Shown piece after piece: positions 11,901 to 23,087 of a stretch of DNA of 64,000 bases. The stretch lies in the NCBI GenBank assembly GCA_038496445.1, contig JALMLS010000100.1, positions 191,006 through 255,005 on the forward strand. Reading direction: 5' to 3'. The notes beneath the pieces are model-generated. The model searched no databases, was not told where the DNA came from, and saw only the letters and a list, made by a program, of their open reading frames with translations. A program made the position numbers and the translations under genes. This DNA comes from Trichosphaerium sp. ATCC 40318. Lineage: Eukaryota > Protista > Tubulinea. Numbering within the stretch: position 1 is the first letter of the stretch; each line of letters begins with the position of its first letter.

Positions 11901-12708
11901 ATTTGGTAACACGTGTTGGATTTCATGTAGTACTGTGGCTTTTTGGCTAACACATATCATAGCTAATATTAAACGGATAATAAAAGAAATGAGAGAAGCT
12001 AAAAGAAAGGCAAAAGCCTCAGGTTCTAAAGAGATTAAATCCAGACCTAAAAGTCGCTTTACTACATTCAATGGCTATGAGAATGACGATGACGATGACG
12101 ATAGTGAAGAGGATGATGATGATGCTGGAGTTGCACAGAATATATCTTCTGAAGTAGTAAGCTCTTTTACCGATATATCTAGTAAGGATTACATTGACAA
12201 CATTCAGAGCAACGAACCAAAAAATTCACATAGTCCAAGCATGCCTGAATTACTAAAATTGCTTAAAACACCTAAAAATAAGATAACAAAGACTAAAAAG
12301 AAAGCTCCAATATCAACACCATCACAGACAGGATTTCGCAGGCATAAAGAAAAATCAAAGTCTACAGGAGACCAACAACCATCTTCTTCAAGTTCGTCAT
12401 CTTCTGAAAAAGTTATATCCCTTGATAGCACAGAAAAAGGAAGTATGCTTGAAGGCATGGATGAACCAGCTTTAAAAGGTACTGTAATGATAGCAAAGGC
12501 TGCAAAAAGTGTTGTAAAAGTAAGAGTTGATACAAAACAATCGCAAAAAGATGACGATGACTCAGATCTTGAAATGAAAGTAACAAATGATGACTATGAA
12601 ATAGACATTCCATCATCCAGTGATGATGAAATAGACATCCCATCATCATCCAGTGATGATGAAATAGACATCCCATCATCCAGTGATGAAGATGAAGATT
12701 CAAACTAG
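8991..12708 (+). CDS. BAH domain fused to phage/bacterial-type amino-group (N4-C/N6-A) DNA methyltransferase, with acidic low-complexity tail
   Basis: BAH about 9360-9940: YKRGDFISV..WYGRIDKL..IRWLYPE..REFAISQHLDDNPVATILEKVTV..IFWYKR. MTase about 10255-11765: SLFDPVLAEVMYRWFAPANGYILDPFGGGVTRGCVAAAMNLHYVGVDL...YDMLLTCPPYWDLERYSDDPDDLS...QSVLVFLKG. In frame from BAH to the stop via GT-AG introns and one GC-AG intron. One N-terminal junction near 9270-9325 is uncertain. Confidence 0.85.
12592..12690 (+). repeat. Three coding tandem repeats encoding (D)EIDIPSS(S)SD
   Basis: gaaatagacat(t/c)ccatca(tca)tccagtgatga occurs three times, 30-33 nt apart. Confidence 0.9.
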
Positions 12709-13191
12709 CAAACACAACTAGCTCTGAATTTTTTTAGTATAATACAATCACGTACAGAAACAAACACGTGCTCTCAACAAAGTGAGAAATAAAATTATTT
12801 TGAGCATCACCTTATCTGTTTTATTGCAATAGACATTGTCTGTCCCATACTACCACGGCAGCAAAACGTTGAAGTGGCAGTACTGACATGGCGTTTCACA
12901 CTGTATTGGATAGTTCAACTTTGTACTTTTAATGAGGATTAACTTCCATAGTCAATTCATAGTACGATACATCCCTTAAAAAAGAACAGTACCTAATATA
13001 AGTGGAAGGTTGCAAAACATGCTAAAAATGGCTTACGCACTGTTTCTGATGTGCACGTGTTTGCGAAGCGATAGTGTACAACAACTTGCCCGAGACCCAA
13101 CCACTTTAAGGTTACTGGTAACAACACTAATTTTACTATGTACATACAACTTTATTGTAACGGTGTTATTTTCTTTTTCTTTCTATGACAT

Positions 13192-14618
13192 TTATGTTGC
13201 AGGTTTTGCAGCAGCTTTAGCTTTTTTCTTATCATTTGTTTCTTTTTGGATTTGCTTAAGACGACGTAGTATCCTTATAGTATCTTGATCATAAGATTCC
13301 TTCTTTGCTCTAAATTCTTCTTGCTCAGTTTTTCTTACTTTAACAAGTGATACAAGCTTGCTTCTTAAGTCATTATTTTGTTCTATCTGAGCCTTCAAAC
13401 GAGTTTGTAGTTGTCTTAGTTCACGACATATCTCATCATCCTCTTTAACCATCTCAGTGCTCTAAAAGCAAAGACAAGTAAACAAATTGCTAAAGTTTCA
13501 CTTTCTCATAAAAAAAAAAAATTGTGTTAATAGCCCCACTTCAAAGCGCAAAGCCAAGGGGAAAGGAAAACAAGGGTTTTTGTTTTTTCTCATGTCAGCA
13601 TGGGACAATTTATGAAAAAAACGTTGAAATTTCAAACAGGAATTAGTAGTGCACGTGACCAGCAAAAATTGTGAGTGTTGAATGTTATAAAATAATACAA
13701 CTGGAAATATATCGAAATTGCCTCTTACGCAAAATCAAAGCGAGCATACATCACGACGCGTAATTTTTCATAAAAAAGCAAAGGAAAAAATGGTAACAAA
13801 AGGTGTCTACTCACCTGAACGTCTTCAAGTAGACCAAGTGTACGTAGTTCGAACTTCATCCTCTCTTCTATATCTAGTATTATAGAGTGTGAATATGAAG
13901 CCACAGGCGGTTTATCAAGAGGTAGAGCCAATAGAGTTGAAGGATCATGTTTTACTGTTACTGATTGCTTATCATTCTTTGCTGCTGCGCTTGGGTCTTG
14001 TAGGAGACAAGCCAATACACGCTCTGTAAAAACCTCAACTTTAACTGGTCCATGAGAAGGAGCGTCGTTCATAATATCGTCGCTTCCCCATGCATGCTCA
14101 AAGCCAGATGCTCCAAGCGGTGGAATTCTCCATTCTTCGTCTGTGTCATCGATTGGCTTTATTCTTGTGTAAGTACTACACTATGCTACTATCCTAGGTA
14201 CCTTTGGCGCACAGAAGGTAATATCGTCTTCTGTGTAGTCTGAAAAATACGGTTGTATTTGCTTCCAGAAACCCTGTTGAAATCCGTCTGTTGGCGTGTA
14301 CAAGTTGTCATCACTCCTAATTTCACATTAAACTAATGTTCGCAATGCGTGTAGAGCTTACTTTTTAGTTCGTTTGTTACGTTTTGGTTTTGCTTGTTTT
14401 TGTTCCCTTTTACACCATTAATTACAAGACATTCGCCGAGGAGTAGCGTACTTTTTAATAACGGTTGGTTCTACTTGCATTGGGTCTTTTTTGATTGGTG
14501 GCGTAGTATCAGCCTTTTTTTTATCTACATCCATTGGATCTGATGTCTGAGCATCCTCTTGTTTATTTTGGCTTCCATTCAGCTTAATTGTTATTTTCAA
14601 ATTTCCTGCTTCGCTCAT
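13192..14618 (-). CDS. ADA3: SAGA/ADA histone acetyltransferase module subunit Ada3 (NGG1/TADA3-like)
   Basis: FWKQIQPYFSDYTEDDI, IPPLG, FTERVLACLL, IEERMKFELRTLGLL, EDDEICRELRQLQTRLK. Confidence 0.8.
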
Positions 14619-15519
14619 TGTGTTTGTTTCTTACTGGTTCAATTGTTTCTTAAATATTTTGTACCACTAGACGCATTAAACAGAGGAAGAAAACGTTTTT
14701 GTTTGAAGAAAAGGAACGACTTTTTCTACTGGCGCTTGATGCATTTTTTATTATTTAAAAGAGCCAACAATGCGCTTGACTCTCTTATTGATGGGTGGTA
14801 GACGTATTCCAGGCAGGAAAATGAAGTATGTTTGTTACTTGTGGATTCACCCTTTTACTAACACAAATACGCAGCCCTAACCGCCTACGAAATGATAAAA
14901 CACAAGCAAAACGAGTCAAGCGTGTAGAAGGATTTTTGCGAAATTATGAGATGAAGGCGTGGCGTTCTAAGGCGTACGTGCTCGCTCATTAGCTACTTAG
15001 TAATATTTATATAGGGTACAACTTGAAAGGCACGAGTTTTACGTTGCCGAGCGTGCAAGGCAAGAAAAGGTTATTGAACAAGCGAAACTAGACAAATCTT
15101 AAGCTCCAGAATCGGTTGGCGCTTTATTGACGTGCAAAGGCGCACAAACGTCACTATGTCACTCTTGTATAGTCATTTTCTAAAACACTGGCGTAATAAA
15201 CCAGATTTGTATTGTATACAACCGTGTTTTGAACATGTCAAATTTTATACTCACTTGACCTCGTTACAAGTAGTAGACCGTTTATTCTCGCTTTTACACT
15301 TTATGGCCACATATGACGTAACCACAATAACTTGCACAACCCTATGATCTTTTTTGAAGTTGTATTTGCTCTATTTCGGGTAATTCGTTTTGAACACCAA
15401 TTATGAAGGTTGGTAGCATGTAAACTCGAAATCTTGCGGGCCTGGTGGTTAAAAGAAATAAAAATGGGTAATTATTCTCGTGAATTACATAATTGCAACA
15501 TCAAAACAAGCATTAAATC

Positions 15520-16323
15520 ATGCAGTGCAAAGTATTCGATTCGCTGGACGTAAGAACGATAACAGACGTTCAGTTATTAGAAATAAGGAAAGCAGTCCCA
15601 ACATTCGGCCTTGTGTGCATTCGTGGTCAGAATTTGACGCCAACGGAGCTCATTTCTTTCACTGCAAAGTTTGGCGAAGTGATTACTCTCCCTACTAGCT
15701 TCAAGCTTAAGAATGAATGGCCAGACTACCCAACTATCACTAGAGTATCCAATATACGTCCTAACGGCGATATAATTAGAAAACATCGAGGAGCGGAGTA
15801 CTGGCACAACGACGGAGACTTCTGGCAACCTGATAAGAAGTACGTCTTTAGCTTCTTGAATTCAAAGGTGGTACCAAAGGAAGGAGGTAAAACAGCATGG
15901 GCTGACGTAAGAACTGCATACGAGCGACTTGACGCTAAGACAAAGCATGAAATTGACAAGCTGCGCATTTGGGTGTCATGCAAAAAAATTCCAGATTTCA
16001 AGGGTGCCAAGGAAGAAGACTTGCTCCCTGATGCGTACCACAATATTAAACATGTACACCCTGATACAAAGCGTACGAGTTTGTACCTTGGATGCGCAAC
16101 ATCGTCTATTGAAGGCATGGATGACGAAAAAGCCAAAATCCTGATTGGCAAGCTCTTGGATGTTGTGAAGCGCGAGGATAATGTATACATTCATCAATAC
16201 AAGGAAGGAGACTTGATGATATGGGATAACACATCAGTAATGCATAGAGGACAAGGCGGTTATGGAGATAACCCAAGATTGTTGTTTCGCTCCCAAGCTT
16301 TCATTAAACCACTCCACGAATAG
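15520..16323 (+). CDS. TauD/TfdA-family Fe(II)/2-oxoglutarate dioxygenase, intronless
   Basis: YWHNDGDF (HxD), GGKTAWAD, HPDTKRTSLY, GDLMIWDNTSVMHRG, RLLFR. Single 267-aa ORF. Confidence 0.9.
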   Translation: MQCKVFDSLDVRTITDVQLLEIRKAVPTFGLVCIRGQNLTPTELISFTAKFGEVITLPTSFKLKNEWPDYPTITRVSNIRPNGDIIRKHRGAEYWHNDGDFWQPDKKYVFSFLNSKVVPKEGGKTAWADVRTAYERLDAKTKHEIDKLRIWVSCKKIPDFKGAKEEDLLPDAYHNIKHVHPDTKRTSLYLGCATSSIEGMDDEKAKILIGKLLDVVKREDNVYIHQYKEGDLMIWDNTSVMHRGQGGYGDNPRLLFRSQAFIKPLHE

Positions 16324-16670
16324 TGTGTCACATTGTAATAAACTTGCTTCATACAAGTATTGCGTTCTCGTAGAGCTATGTGTTGATGCCTAGTAGCTTG
16401 TATAGCGTTTAGTACATGTGCTTGCCAAGTAATGGTAATTTTTGTCATAGTCAGACTCACAGAACGACTGTACCTTCCGGTGATGGAATTTACCTGAAGA
16501 CTTTGTTTGGCGGCGTTTTCGACTAGGCGTCACCCAAGATTATCGTGTAGAAAAGGCGATAAAACATATTTCGGTAGGTCAGCATACACCAGCACTTTTG
16601 ATACAAATAAACCAAAACTGGCCTAGTCACGGAATTTCTCGCTCAATTTGTATTAAAACAGCTCAAAGCA

Positions 16671-19600
16671 ATGTCACAGGAAGTATGGGTGCGCATGGTG
16701 GAAGGGAAGGTACGAAATACCGTTATAGAAAAATCATGTACTGAACTATTAGGATTTGATCAGTATGGACAAAAACGGATACTCTGACCCGTTTGTGGTG
16801 ATAACAATTGGAAAAGACAAAAAGAAAACAAAAGTGAAAAAAAAGGTTAGTTAACTGCATATTTCCGATACTCATACCACAAAGACGCTCAACCCAGTAT
16901 GGAACGATGAATTTATTTTCAAAGTTAAAAAGCTTTACATTGGTACGCTCTAACTACTGTTTCAAAACTCTAACGCACTTTTAGTACATTTTAAATGCAT
17001 CGTACGTCTTTTTGGGCCACTTTTTTTTTTGAAGTATTTAGTTTTGGTTTACCCGCTTTAGGACAAAGACACTTTTTCTAAAAATGATCCTCTTGGTGAG
17101 TGTGAAATTCCACTTGCAAAAGTTCAACGTGGTTCTGTACTAGATTGTTGGATGAGTCTCAAAGTGCGTCATAGAATAAAAATTTGGAATAAAAACCTGT
17201 CATCATCTCATTTGTCTCTTACTAACGAGTATAAAAAATAGGGTGTGCGATCTGGTCAACTCCATTTTCAGATTGCATTTGGTGGTCGTCCTAATGTACT
17301 ACAACGGAAAACAATCTTTAACAATTAATCATAAATATTAGCTGCCTCCCAGTCGACAATTATCAACACCTCAGCGTCGAGCACCTGCTCCTCCAAGACC
17401 AACTAGTAAACCGTCCCCAAGAGCACCTCCTAGAGCATCTCCTAGATCACAACCAGCTCCTAAAATTAAAGCGACTTCTCCTAGAGCACAAGCTTCAAAG
17501 TTCCTTGCTAAAACTCAATCGTTGATGTTCAAGGATAATAAAAAACAAAAAAAAATACAAAATCAAGAAAACAATGAAAGACTGGTCAAGATATTCTGTT
17601 CTCCAGAGCGTAAGTGAAAGGTTTTGTTTTCTTTTCTTGTGGACACTAATCTAACTCCTTTCTTCTAGTGGCGCAAAAAGCAAGTGCACAAATATTCACA
17701 AAGCTTGACAAGGTAGGTTACCTTCTCTTGTAAAATCTTCTTACTTCCTTCTTCTAGGATAGGTCAGGAACCTTGACAGTATCAGAAATATTTGCTGGCG
17801 CTAGAAGCTTAGGTGTAGAAGTAGAACGTGGTACATTGGGTGAACTGGTATGGTTATTCTTTCAATAAGAATTAAAGGCTGGTTTTCAAGTATTTACACT
17901 TGTTAGGTTGAGGTGTTTAGTAGAGGAGGAACGACTGTGAATAGAGCTCAATTCATGCAATTGCTCAAGTATTTAGTAAACTTGAGAAGTACATATTTGA
18001 CGTATGATAAGGATGGATCTAACTCTATTGATAAACGTGAACTTGATAAATGCTTAAAAGATCTTGAATACAAGTTTTCTGCAAGCACTCAAAAGAAGTT
18101 TATGAGTTTTTTCGATAAAGGTACTTGCTACTTTCTTTGTGGCTCAAGTCAAATCGTAAGTAGTTAAAAATAATGTCCTGTTATCTAGATTCTAGCGGTC
18201 AGTTTGAGTTTATAGAGTTCGTCAATATCATGTGGCATCTAAAGAAATTAAGTCACCATTTCCAAAAACAAGATAAAGATGACAACAAATTACTTGGTAA
18301 CAAACGACTCGAAATTTCTCCTCGTTTAACTTTCTCTTGTAGATCCTCCAGAGTTTCAAGCTTTACTTCGTGGTCTCGGATTTAGTGTTACTGTAGCGGA
18401 AGCCAAAGTCTTTATGAGACGTCACGCAAAGAAAGGATTATCACTTGAAAACTTTATTGATCTCATGTTTGATTTTAAAAATCACTATGAATCTATTAAA
18501 AAGGGTACTCATCACTGCTTTTATAAAACGCCTGTGTTATATAACTAACCGAGATTAGAGGCTGGAAAACAACGTATGCAAAGTCGTGTTAAGAGATTCG
18601 CAAGGAACCCAAGTCAGCAAGCACCGCTTCGTGTTGATTCAAGTGCAAAGACGGCTTCCAATGAAGGTAAAGCTGAAGCAAACAAGATCATGGCTTGGTG
18701 TAAGAAAAATTCGAGAAAATGGGAGGATTCAAGCTTTCCTCCAAATAGAAAGAGTCTTGGATGTACGTGTCACAAATATTTTTCTTTTTTATTCTTTCGT
18801 TTTGTTTGGTGCTTACAACTGTTCTTCAGCTGTTTCTGTTTCAATTTCTGAATGGAAGAGGCCTTGTGAGATTGTTCAAAACCCAGATTTATTCGTTGAT
18901 GGTGTAGATGAAGGTGATGTTGTGCAAGGAGCACTTGGAAATTGCTGGTTTTTATCAGCCTTATCTGGTTAGTAACTTAGTGGTTTTTGTTTGTAATTAG
19001 CTAATTTTGTGGTTTTTTAGTATTAGCGCAAGAAGGTATTAAAAAGATTGAGTCACTATTCGTTTGTGCACAACCCAAGTTGGGATTTTATGGGCTTCGG
19101 TTTTTTAAAGATAACGAATGGAGGGTTGTATTTGTTGATGACAGATTACCTGTCAAAGGTAATAACAAAAGTAACGGTGAGCTTCCGCTAAACTTTTTAA
19201 AAATAGGTGGCAAACCAGCTTTTGGTGGTGGCCAAGATCCACGGGAGTTTTGGTATGTTAAATCGTGTAATTAGCTACTTGATCATACTAACATTAATCT
19301 TAGGGTTGCTTTACTAGAGAAAGCGTACGTATGGAAGTGATTGAACCTAGTATTTAATTTCTTAGATATGCCAAACTACATGGAAGTTACGGAGCCATAG
19401 AAAGGTAATAGCATTAAGTCAGTAATATAAACGCTAAAATTATCACTAGTGGAAGTATTGTTGATGGATTAGTCGATCTTACAGGCGAGGCAGGACACAC
19501 AGTGTGCGCCCTCTAAATAAACTGTTAACTTTTGTTTGACGTAAATTTCAGGAAGCAACTGGAACCTACAAAACAATTTTGGAATCGTCTATTACTGAAC

Positions 19601-20859
19601 CAGAAAGAAGGGTACAAAGGATTACTCATTTCGGTTTTTTAGTATTTATTACTATTTAAGGTTCTTGATGGGTTGCTCGAGCACACATCCAAGTGCGGGT
19701 GCTGAATCTGAGACTGCCATGGGTATTTTATTGGTACGATAAACTAATTGTTTTTATTGGCTTTGCATCACATGAGAATGGAAACTTTTGATTGGTTTTA
19801 GTAGCTCTTCAAAGCTTATTTTTGTTCTAGAATCATGCGTATGGTATATTAGTTGTAAAAGAGGTTGATGGTCATAAATTATTGCGCATAAGAAATCCGT
19901 ACGGTGCTTGATATTGTTCTTTTAATAATATTCTCAAAAGATGGGGAAGACGCGAATGGAAAGGAAGATGGAGTGACGGTGCTAAAGAGTGGAACGCCAA
20001 ATACAGAGTAAGTTTTCAAGAGCTTACTTGCATTACCCGATTGCACGCGATGCACTGACAAAAACCATTGTAGCGTGCATTTAATCAAGTTGATGCTGAT
20101 GATGGAACTTTTCATATTTGCTTCGAAGATTTTTGTAGGCACTTTAACAGCCTATACTTGGTCCGTGTATTGACAACAAGGGTACGATCTATTGTTACAT
20201 ACCATGAATATTAGTGTTTGTTAATATCTCTTTTTTTTCTAGTCTCCTTATGATAGGCAAAGAGTCGCAGGTAGATGGAGTGGTAAGTCTGCTGGTGGAT
20301 GTATAAATAATTCATCATGGCCGAATAATCCTCAGTATCAAATATGTCCCAACCGTAGACAAAATGTGTATATATCTGTGAGACAGTCAGACAAGAGATA
20401 TGCAAAGAAGAGTGGAAAGGCTTCTTCTCATTCGATAGGATACATGTTATTCAGGAGTACGTGCAAGTTTTTACTTTTTTTTTTTGGTATTTTGAATAGC
20501 GTTGCTATCATTGCTTGTCCTGACAGGCCTTAAACTTTTACCGCCTAAAATTATGATGACAACGTTTTGGTGTTTGAAAAAGTATGTTCTGCTTAAACAC
20601 CATCAGTCACGTGACCAGAAAAAGTTTGTTTCTTTTTTTTGACTTTTTTTTTTCAGGCACTGGAAGGCTTGCTGCATACCCACAACAAGACGCTATGGTT
20701 CATATGGCAAACTTTATTGATGCTAGAGAATACACTGAGGAAATTGAGTTACAAGGGAATACGAATTATGTCATCATTCCTTGTACTTTTAAATCAGGTG
20801 TCAATGATAATTTCTTCATTACAATCTATCATAGTGGTGTAAAGCTACATAACTTATAA
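16671..20859 (+). CDS. Calpain-family cysteine protease with N-terminal C2 domain, Pro-rich linker, multiple EF-hands, CysPc and domain III
   Basis: C2: DLISMDKNGYSDPFVVI..TLNPVWNDEF..DKDTFSKNDPLGE. EF-hands: DKDRSGTLTVSE, DKDGSNSIDKRE, DKDDNKLLD. Catalytic triad: QGALGNCWFLSAL, NHAYG, RNPWG. Domain III: GRWSGKSAGGC..WPNNPQY..YVIIPCTF. Confidence 0.9.
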
Positions 20860-21187
20860 AAACAAACAAAAATAAATCAGTTCAGTGGCACTCGTTAATT
20901 AAATAAAAACTGGTTTTAACATTTCTTCAAACTGTAGCTCAGATTGTCCTACAACAGGTGCTGTAAAGTGCTTATTGGTAGCAGTTTATTGTTTTTTCTA
21001 AGGCTCGGTCTCCACCATTGGTTTAATGACCACCAATTTGGTAGTCGTTTAGCTTCAACTTTGAGTACAACGAAATAAACTAACCTACAAAAGCTGTCAA
21101 CCACGTCTAACGAATATAACCAACGTCAAACAATTTCTACACGTAGAATTTCTTCGCGTATTTAAAAATCAATCAAGGATTGAAAAG

Positions 21188-22819
21188 ATGGATAAACAAA
21201 ACATTTCTACAAGCTTCCTATCAGCAACACCTCTTGTAATTAACTACAAACCAGTATACATCATACCATGCAACCTAAAGTGAAAAGAGTACACAAACTA
21301 CGCACATTTAACGTCATCGTTCTAATGAATTAAATAGGTAAACAAAGCAGCCGTAGCGCCCCTGGATCATATATTGGACCTTCCAAAGGAGCTTCAACGC
21401 TACACAACCGATCTTGACAGTGAAGTATACATAAAGTGGCCACTGCTATCCAAACTCGCAGCATACTGCTCTCGCTTTGATGGAGACCTCAACAAGGTCG
21501 GTAAATGGAAGAAGTTCAATATGATTGATTCATTCGACCCAGTAAAAATATGCGAAGCACACTTTCGTGCAGGAAAACGTGATGGGCAATGTAGATCATT
21601 TAGTGAAGACGGTCGGTTGATAAAAGAGGCCAACTACAATAACGGTAAACTTAACGGAGAATCCAAGGAGTGGTATGAACATGGGCTACTTAAGACGCAG
21701 TACACGTGGGTTGACGGTAAACTACATGGTGAATGCAACGAGTGGTACGAAAGTGGACTGCGCAAAGCACGATCCATGTTTGTTGATGGCGTACAAAACG
21801 GAGAATGCAAAGAGTGGCATAAAAATGCAAGATTGAAATTGGACTGCAGTTTTTCGAATGGAAAACGAGAAGGCGAATGCAAGAGTTGGTTTGCCAATGG
21901 CCGAAGGCAAGAGAAATGCAGATTCGAGGGTGGAAAAAAGTGTGGCGACTTGCAGATTTGGTATAACTCTGGTACACTGAAAGTAGAAGTTACATTCTGT
22001 CAACAAACAGGTGAATACAAAGAATGGCATGATGATGGCACGAGATTTGAGCAATATTTCTTCATAGATCACAAGAAACATGGAGAGGCAAAGCTTTGGT
22101 ATCCAAATGGCCAATTGGGCTCACACAGCATGTATTCGAACGGAGAAAAGAACGGGACGTGCCGGCAATGGTCTGACGCTGGTATATTGACGTCTGAGTG
22201 TAATTATGTCAATGGTAAAGCAGATGGAGAATATAAATCTTGGGAGGATGACGGCAAAATAGCTTTTCATTATTTTTATAAAAATGATAAATTGCACGGA
22301 GAATTCAAGCGTTACTACGATGGAAAGCTAGAAGAGCAATATACGTATAAACATGGTAAAATTGATGGGGTATCCAGGAGTTGGTATGCGAGCGGCAAAT
22401 TGGAAAAGCACCTCTTTTATGTCAACGACAAGCGTTATGGGGAGTGCAAAAAGTGGTATAGTAATGATCAATTGAAGGAGCATTGCCATTACGTCAATGA
22501 CAAATATGATGGGGAGTATAAAAAATGGTTCGAAAATGGAAAATTGGAGGATCATAGCCATTATGTCAACGGTGAGTACAACGGAGAGCGGAAAACATGG
22601 TGGGCCAATGGTCGCCTTTATGCAACAGAAAATTACACTCTTGGTAAGCGTGATGGAGAGTGGAAATCATGGACGAATCGTGGGGCAGCTACAGAGGACT
22701 TACACTACGAGAGTGGTGTTCTAAAGCGCCGGATATGCTATAAAAATGAGATCAAACACGAATACGTGTATACTCCGATTAAGGTTGTATCAGAGCTCAA
22801 TGATGGAAGGGAGGATTGA
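21188..22819 (+). CDS. MORN_2/YwqK-type repeat protein with F-box-like N-terminal motif
   Basis: Roughly 15 repeats of about 24 aa of the type G-x-x-K-x-W-Y-x-N-G-x-L...Y-x-N-G-K. ILDLPKELQRY...PLLSK is F-box-like. Probable short first exon from ATG 21188, then one exon of about 1.5 kb. Confidence 0.8.
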
Positions 22820-23087
22820 TCTTATTCATGCTCGGGGTGCAAACTATCATTCTACTTGTGGTTAAAGTAACTAATGCTCAAGTTAGCTTCTGGCAGATAG
22901 TCAAATTCCAAAAGTCTAACGAAAATAATATTTTACTTTGTTCAAAAAAAAACGCTTTTGCCACATAAACATTTTTTTAATTTTAAAGTTCTTGAATTAG
23001 GTACAATTATTGTACACTCTAAATTTACTCAATGTGTTCGAAACGTATTATACATGCAGGCTATGCTTATATATGCTCAATTGTACT

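Noticed and set aside
21374-22819. Bacterial YwqK antitoxin / toxin-antitoxin locus
   Set aside because: The similarity is only the generic MORN_2 repeat; there is no toxin partner, and the context is eukaryotic with a probable intron.
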